In this document: one piece after another, positions 59,344-64,000 of the stretch
Layout of the letters: the number at the start of each line of letters is the position of its first letter
Numbering within the stretch: the stretch's first letter is position 1
Assembly: GCA_035544015.1 (NCBI GenBank)
Contig: DATKIP010000093.1
Coordinates: forward strand, 281,454-345,453
Source of the DNA: Candidatus Saccharimonadia bacterium
GTDB taxonomy: Bacteria > Patescibacteriota > Saccharimonadia > UBA4664
Direction of reading: 5' to 3'
DNA length: 64,000 nucleotides
The notes under the pieces: generated by a model
The model's database searches: none
Told to the model about the DNA's origin: nothing
What the model saw: only the letters and a program-made list of their open reading frames with translations
Program-made: the position numbers and the translations under genes

Positions 59344-59973
59344 CTAGAAGTAGGTCAGGTTAGCATCTACCGTCGTGTCGTCAAGCCGGAAGTTAAGACC
59401 ACTGGCGTGATTCTTCACTTGAGCCCTCACAAAGTAGGTACACACAGCCTCCCGAGTGTTGGGCGAGCAGCGCAAGTAAGCCGTACGCGTGAAAGCGTTG
59501 CTTTCCCAGGCGTTCGGATCCACCTGGCTGTTGGACCACGCAAACGAGTCAGGCTCGGGCGCGCTTGGCTGGCCCTCGGCCCCATTAATCAGCACCCGAC
59601 CCTCGCACCACTGATTGTTCGCCGCCGCCGAGTTGGTACACGTCACCTCGCCGTCCACCTTCACTACCGCCAACGCCGACTTACCGCGCGGCACCGTTAC
59701 CGTAAACGAACCACACTGCAAATTCACCCAATCCGTCGTGGTGTAAGCAGTCGGCGTGTTATTCGTATACGCCCGGCGCTGAACCGCCGCATTCGTAGCC
59801 GAGAAGAACCGACAGTCCGGATTGGCCGCCGCCACCGCCGCTGCGTCCAACTTCTTAAACCCATCTTGCGCACTCTGCGCCTGCGTTTCCGCCAGCACCG
59901 GCCCGCCTCCGAGCACCAACAGGCCGGCCAGGCCAACACCCGCCACCAGCTTCCTTTTAAGCGTGAATTTCAT
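59344..59973 (-). CDS. Secreted beta-rich protein with 6 Cys
   Basis: AAAGGAG SD and signal peptide ending VLA-E. Confidence 0.7.
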   Translation of the reverse strand: MKFTLKRKLVAGVGLAGLLVLGGGPVLAETQAQSAQDGFKKLDAAAVAAANPDCRFFSATNAAVQRRAYTNNTPTAYTTTDWVNLQCGSFTVTVPRGKSALAVVKVDGEVTCTNSAAANNQWCEGRVLINGAEGQPSAPEPDSFAWSNSQVDPNAWESNAFTRTAYLRCSPNTREAVCTYFVRAQVKNHASGLNFRLDDTTVDANLTYF

Positions 59974-60190
59974 AAACACTCCTTTTAATTGTGTCATCCC
60001 CTAAAACATCGTGAGCTCAACGACTCGACCATAATGGGCTTGCCCGAGGGATTCAGCCACTCACAGAAACGAAAACTTTCTCATCCAAAAATCAATAATT
60101 ATTAGAGATAAGCACAAGAATTAAGAGCACCACAACCCCCGCTATACATGGAAAATATTAAAAAATCCCTAACTCGGCTACATTTGCCGC

Positions 60191-61138
60191 TTATTCAGAA
60201 TCCCCACCACTCGCACGCCGAATCAAATCAAGCCCACGCTTAAAATCGTCACCCGTATCCTCGTAAGAAAGGTCTCTCAAATTCCGATAAAGCCCTGGTG
60301 AAACCCTCTCGATGCGATAAGCCACCTCACGCAACCCATCGACGTTATTGCGGGCCCGATACAAGGCGGGGATTATCTCGGGGTCTTTGGCGTTGAGCAA
60401 TTCAAACCCATATCCCGCCAGAGCGCTCGAACCATAAGCAATGGCCCCATTAGGCGCTTTGGCAATGTACTTACCTGGAATTTGGCCTAAATCCGTATCC
60501 ATGAAACCATCAATGCCGGAAAAACCATGGGGGAGACCCAGCTCATTTTGGATATAATCCATCTCCACAACGGCGCCAAAAGCCTCCTCGATAAAACCGC
60601 CTTGGCCGGCCACATTATGCCCCTGACGAAGCGGTTGGAATAATTCAGTACCATCTTCTGTTTTGAGCAGGGCCATGTCGTAGTATTTCCCACTACTATG
60701 CGACTTCTCATGAACCAGAGTCGCTTCAGAAAACCCCGGCCCATTGGCGGCCTCCATCGCAGGATCGCGAACAACAAAGGTCAACCCTACCTCGTGCAAA
60801 TATCCCCCAATAAAACTATCTTTTTCTGCCACATTATTAGAAATACCGTTAGCCGCTAAGACTCGCCGAAACTCCGGAACGTCTTCGGGCGTCAACAGAA
60901 TATGAGGCCTAACTGCCAGGCCCTTCTTCGCAAAATACGAAGCGACCCGAGCGACGTCGATGCCTTCTTCGCGCGAAGGCGTCGCCTCCATAAGACGCTG
61001 TCGAGCCTCAGCCCAGTAAGCTAAAAAGGCTTCATCATCTGATTCCTCCGCGTTCGCACGAACCAGATCGCCGCTCTTTCCGGCCTTAAAACGCATCAGA
61101 TTAGGCTCTTGATCGGGATGAAAGGGGAGTTCCGCCAT
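60191..61138 (-). CDS. Hypothetical protein, possible zincin (HExxH plus distal E)
   Basis: LVHEKSH and FIEEAF. Confidence 0.6.
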   Translation of the reverse strand: MAELPFHPDQEPNLMRFKAGKSGDLVRANAEESDDEAFLAYWAEARQRLMEATPSREEGIDVARVASYFAKKGLAVRPHILLTPEDVPEFRRVLAANGISNNVAEKDSFIGGYLHEVGLTFVVRDPAMEAANGPGFSEATLVHEKSHSSGKYYDMALLKTEDGTELFQPLRQGHNVAGQGGFIEEAFGAVVEMDYIQNELGLPHGFSGIDGFMDTDLGQIPGKYIAKAPNGAIAYGSSALAGYGFELLNAKDPEIIPALYRARNNVDGLREVAYRIERVSPGLYRNLRDLSYEDTGDDFKRGLDLIRRASGGDSE

Positions 61139-61233
61139 ACCAATTAAATTACAGCAAACGGCTCTTAGCGAAAAGGGCCTCAGGCTCGGGTCGAGGGACT
61201 TCCTTTTAAAACCGCGTCTCCTATACTAATTCC

Positions 61234-62112
61234 ATGAACCGCGCCTACCCAAACTCCATTCTCAAACTCATCTGGCGCCTACTCCTACCCGTACGCGCTT
61301 GTTTCTGGGTCCGAAACTGGATCCGCTGGGCCCGCACCAAATTTCCCGACCCGCCCAAAGACATGGAGGTAGCCGCGCGTCTCCAAACATTCATCATCGT
61401 GACGCTCTTCTTCATCGCCTACGCCTTCTACCGCTCAAACCAGATCACCAGCTTCACCGACCTGGCCAATAACTTTCTCCTCAGCCTCAGTGCCGCCTCG
61501 GTAGGCAACACCGCCGTCTTTGTACTGGGGGTTTTCGTGATTTACGCCTACCTCATGGGCGTCCCGGCCCGCCAACTCTGGGCCCCCGTCGCCTGCATCG
61601 CGCTGCCGCTCGGCATTTTGCTCAGCTTGTTCACCTTTCAATACACTCGCTGGGACATGGCGCCAATCACGAGTCTCAGTGGTAACGACGCGATATTGTC
61701 GCTCATCACCGGCTGTATGCTCCTTTTTGCCACCGGCGGCTTCGTCTACACGCTCCATCGAGCCGTTAAAGCCCGCTTCAACGCCTACCTCATGCACCCC
61801 GCGCTCACACCGCTCATCGAGCTAGCCCTCACTGCCAAAGCCCTCGCCATCGTCCTCGAAGGCCAAGCCACCTTCCCGTCGCTGCCTTTCGTTTCCGGCC
61901 GTCTGCTCATCGTCGCCCTACCAGCCACCATGGTAGTTTATTACCTATACAAAGCCCTCATCGGCGAACGAACCTACTTGCGTCAACATCAAGCCGATCC
62001 GTCCGCCCGCATCCACGCCTACCGCTTTGCCCTGGCCATCATTCTCCTCATTGTCGTGCTCGTCTTCTTCCCCTCCGGCCTGGCCAACTCCGACTTTTTC
62101 CGGCCCCATTAA
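61234..62112 (+). CDS. Hypothetical multi-pass membrane protein
   Basis: About 7 hydrophobic segments. TATACT 6 nt before ATG. Confidence 0.7.
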   Translation: MNRAYPNSILKLIWRLLLPVRACFWVRNWIRWARTKFPDPPKDMEVAARLQTFIIVTLFFIAYAFYRSNQITSFTDLANNFLLSLSAASVGNTAVFVLGVFVIYAYLMGVPARQLWAPVACIALPLGILLSLFTFQYTRWDMAPITSLSGNDAILSLITGCMLLFATGGFVYTLHRAVKARFNAYLMHPALTPLIELALTAKALAIVLEGQATFPSLPFVSGRLLIVALPATMVVYYLYKALIGERTYLRQHQADPSARIHAYRFALAIILLIVVLVFFPSGLANSDFFRPH

Positions 62113-62219
62113 TCCAAGAACGCATACAACCCGTCCCTTGAAACACAAGCCTCAGATAAGTAAACTGCCATACATGCTTACCGTCCGGTAAGCTACGTAG
62201 ACGAGCCAAAGGGGCTAAG

Positions 62220-62711
62220 GTGGGAACAGGTACGGCCCAGCGGCCAAGAGTGGGCGCCGTTCGCGGTACTCTAACTCTCCTCGCGCTAGCACTTGGAGTC
62301 GGAGCAATGGTTCTTGGCATACATCCGACTGGCGATCGCAACCCGAAAATAAGACTATCGACCACAACGCCACGCACTATCGAGATGCGGGCGCGCTGGT
62401 CGCCGGATGACCTACCCGAGGACAGGGTAGGTGAGCTGACAATTTCGTGGCGGCTGGGCGAAGGACATGATTCGGGCCCACTCCAGCCATCGGATGTGAA
62501 GACCGTGCATGACGCTGGCCGCGAATACCGCTCCTGGTCACACAAGCGCCAACTAGGAGTACCGAACATCGCTTACAACGGGGAGTTCGCCAGCATTGAA
62601 GCCGAGGCCAAGAACAACCAGGTACATCTAAGGGTCTCGATCGTTATTTCTCTGCCTGAGTTCGGATCTGGAAACGAAGGTGACGGACACGCTTACTGCC
62701 AATATCCCTAA
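62220..62711 (+). CDS. Hypothetical exported protein
   Basis: N-terminal hydrophobic segment and downstream hairpin. Confidence 0.5.
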   Translation: MGTGTAQRPRVGAVRGTLTLLALALGVGAMVLGIHPTGDRNPKIRLSTTTPRTIEMRARWSPDDLPEDRVGELTISWRLGEGHDSGPLQPSDVKTVHDAGREYRSWSHKRQLGVPNIAYNGEFASIEAEAKNNQVHLRVSIVISLPEFGSGNEGDGHAYCQYP

Positions 62712-62730
62712 GACCCAGCCGGCTCAACTA

Positions 62731-62768
62731 CTGCTCCGCGTACCGGCCCGTTCGGCGCGCGGAGCAGA
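62731..62768 (+). terminator. GC-rich hairpin
   Basis: CTGCTCCGCG...CGCGGAGCAG. Confidence 0.55.
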
Positions 62769-62875
62769 TTGCCGCTTCAGTGAGCTAACCTAACCGAGCC
62801 GATTATTGATGAACCTATGAAATTATAGTAAAGTATTAAATCGGTTGCACGCCCCCACTCACTAGGTGGTACACC

Positions 62876-63598
62876 ATGTACATCGGGAGCGACGGTCCTC
62901 GTCGCCTGCTCAACATCACGCCGACCCAGCCGCTGTCAGGCGAGCCGGCCCTCGACCTGCTCACCCACTACCTCGTCCATGTCCTAGGCACTGCCACCGC
63001 CGGTCTCGTGATTGCCGAAGCAGGCTACCACGAGTTCAAGCCGGGCGCCACCGCCGCTGAGCAAACCTGCGCTTGCGGAGTCACCGCACCTGAGTTCGAA
63101 TACTATGTGCAGGATCCGGGGCTGTACGGCCACATCTTGCCCTCCCTAACGCTCCACTATCTGGTCTGGCATCGAGCAGAAGTCCCGGGGCACCACCTCA
63201 GACTCCTTCGGCAAGCCGCCACCGACAGCTTCATGAGCAGCATCGGCCAGCGACCGCCGGCGCTCGCCGTCCAGCGCGACGAGGCTATCACGATCGTTCG
63301 CAAGACGCAGGAGTACCTGCACCTCCAAGGAAACCCGGCCAAGCTGACCGCCGCGCTTGCCACCGCGCTGACCGAAGTGGGCTACCAGCAAGTGGGATGG
63401 CGCCACACGTGCCCACTACAAGACGCCACCACGGCGATCGTCGCCGCCTACGCGAAGCTCCACCCCGATATCGACACGGACTGTGTCGACAGCACCGCCC
63501 TGGCGCATATAGGCGAGTGGGCCGCTCAGCCCAATCGGTCGCTCGCCGAAGTCAAGCGCATCCTCAAGGGCGCCATCCAGCATCTCAGCAATCCCTGA
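62876..63598 (+). CDS. Hypothetical two-domain protein (CxCG...HY...H metal-binding-like N-terminus)
   Basis: TTGATG-17-TAAAGT promoter, AGGTGG SD, downstream hairpin. Confidence 0.65.
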   Translation: MYIGSDGPRRLLNITPTQPLSGEPALDLLTHYLVHVLGTATAGLVIAEAGYHEFKPGATAAEQTCACGVTAPEFEYYVQDPGLYGHILPSLTLHYLVWHRAEVPGHHLRLLRQAATDSFMSSIGQRPPALAVQRDEAITIVRKTQEYLHLQGNPAKLTAALATALTEVGYQQVGWRHTCPLQDATTAIVAAYAKLHPDIDTDCVDSTALAHIGEWAAQPNRSLAEVKRILKGAIQHLSNP

Positions 63599-63614
63599 GT
63601 ACCCGCAACCTCAT

Positions 63615-63661
63615 GCCCTGCCAGGGCTGGAGCGATTAACGCCCCGTCATCTTGGCAGGGC
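63615..63661 (+). terminator. Long imperfect hairpin
   Basis: GCCCTGCCA...TGGCAGGGC. Confidence 0.5.
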
Positions 63662-63725
63662 GTTACTCGTTAATGAACAAAGCCGTTAACATTGGTTCAA
63701 TACAGTAGATAGATAGGAGCAAACC

Positions 63726-64000
63726 ATGCCCACCTATGATATAGAAAAGATCAAATACGCCACCGATCCGCCAACATTTCAGCGAGCCGTGGAGCTTTAT
63801 GAGCAATCCAAAATAGTTGATTTCACCGCCCTCGCCGACGGTTTTCGCGCCACCGTTCTTGGCACGCAGCCCTATCGCGTGGTCGTTTCGGCGAAACACT
63901 TCGATCACGGCAGCTGCGAATGCTACCTCGGCCGCAAAGATACATTATGCAAGCATCTTGTGGCAGTTGCTATCATGGCCGCAAAAAATGGACAACCGCT
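63726..64000 (+). CDS. SWIM zinc-finger protein (truncated by window end)
   Basis: Translated by hand: MPTYDIEKIKYATD...GTQPYRV...SCECYLG....LCKHLVAV. AGGAG SD. Confidence 0.85.
   Translation, partial: MPTYDIEKIKYATDPPTFQRAVELYEQSKIVDFTALADGFRATVLGTQPYRVVVSAKHFDHGSCECYLGRKDTLCKHLVAVAIMAAKNGQP

Noticed and set aside
59990-60070. c-di-AMP riboswitch (GCTGAATCCC on -)
   Set aside because: Only the first motif matches. The GGAACC, GGGG..AAUC and CAGCUAAC elements are missing.

Overview
This is a high-GC chromosomal segment of about 65 genes. Gene content (sortase, PEGA-mreB, DUF3048, degenerate NnrD-like protein, many ORFans) suggests Candidatus Saccharibacteria/Patescibacteria, which is an inference. 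It holds mreB, gltX, murI, cmk, carAB, Ku-LigD, a Zn/Mn ABC transporter with a Fur/Zur regulator, a 12-kb glycosyltransferase/flippase locus, a VUT-RibD_C-CofE-like operon, tRNA-Leu(CAA) next to a low-GC islet (VOC, RelBE, PAS) and several self-contained orphan genes. No CRISPR, rRNA, integrase or transposase was seen. The best new signals are (1) a candidate arginine-sensing leader-peptide attenuator before carAB, combining an Arg-rich uORF, an anti-SD helix and a terminator inside carA, (2) a leaderless rule (-10 box + 6-7 nt + start) that also exposes a frameshift, (3) a strand-polarised RGGGGAG motif on a C-rich strand, (4) a TAAGCAyAAG motif before envelope genes, (5) a possible folate/pterin salvage operon, (6) a MITE-like inverted repeat and (7) a CC1-like small protein. 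All family calls come from motif recognition by eye, not database searches.
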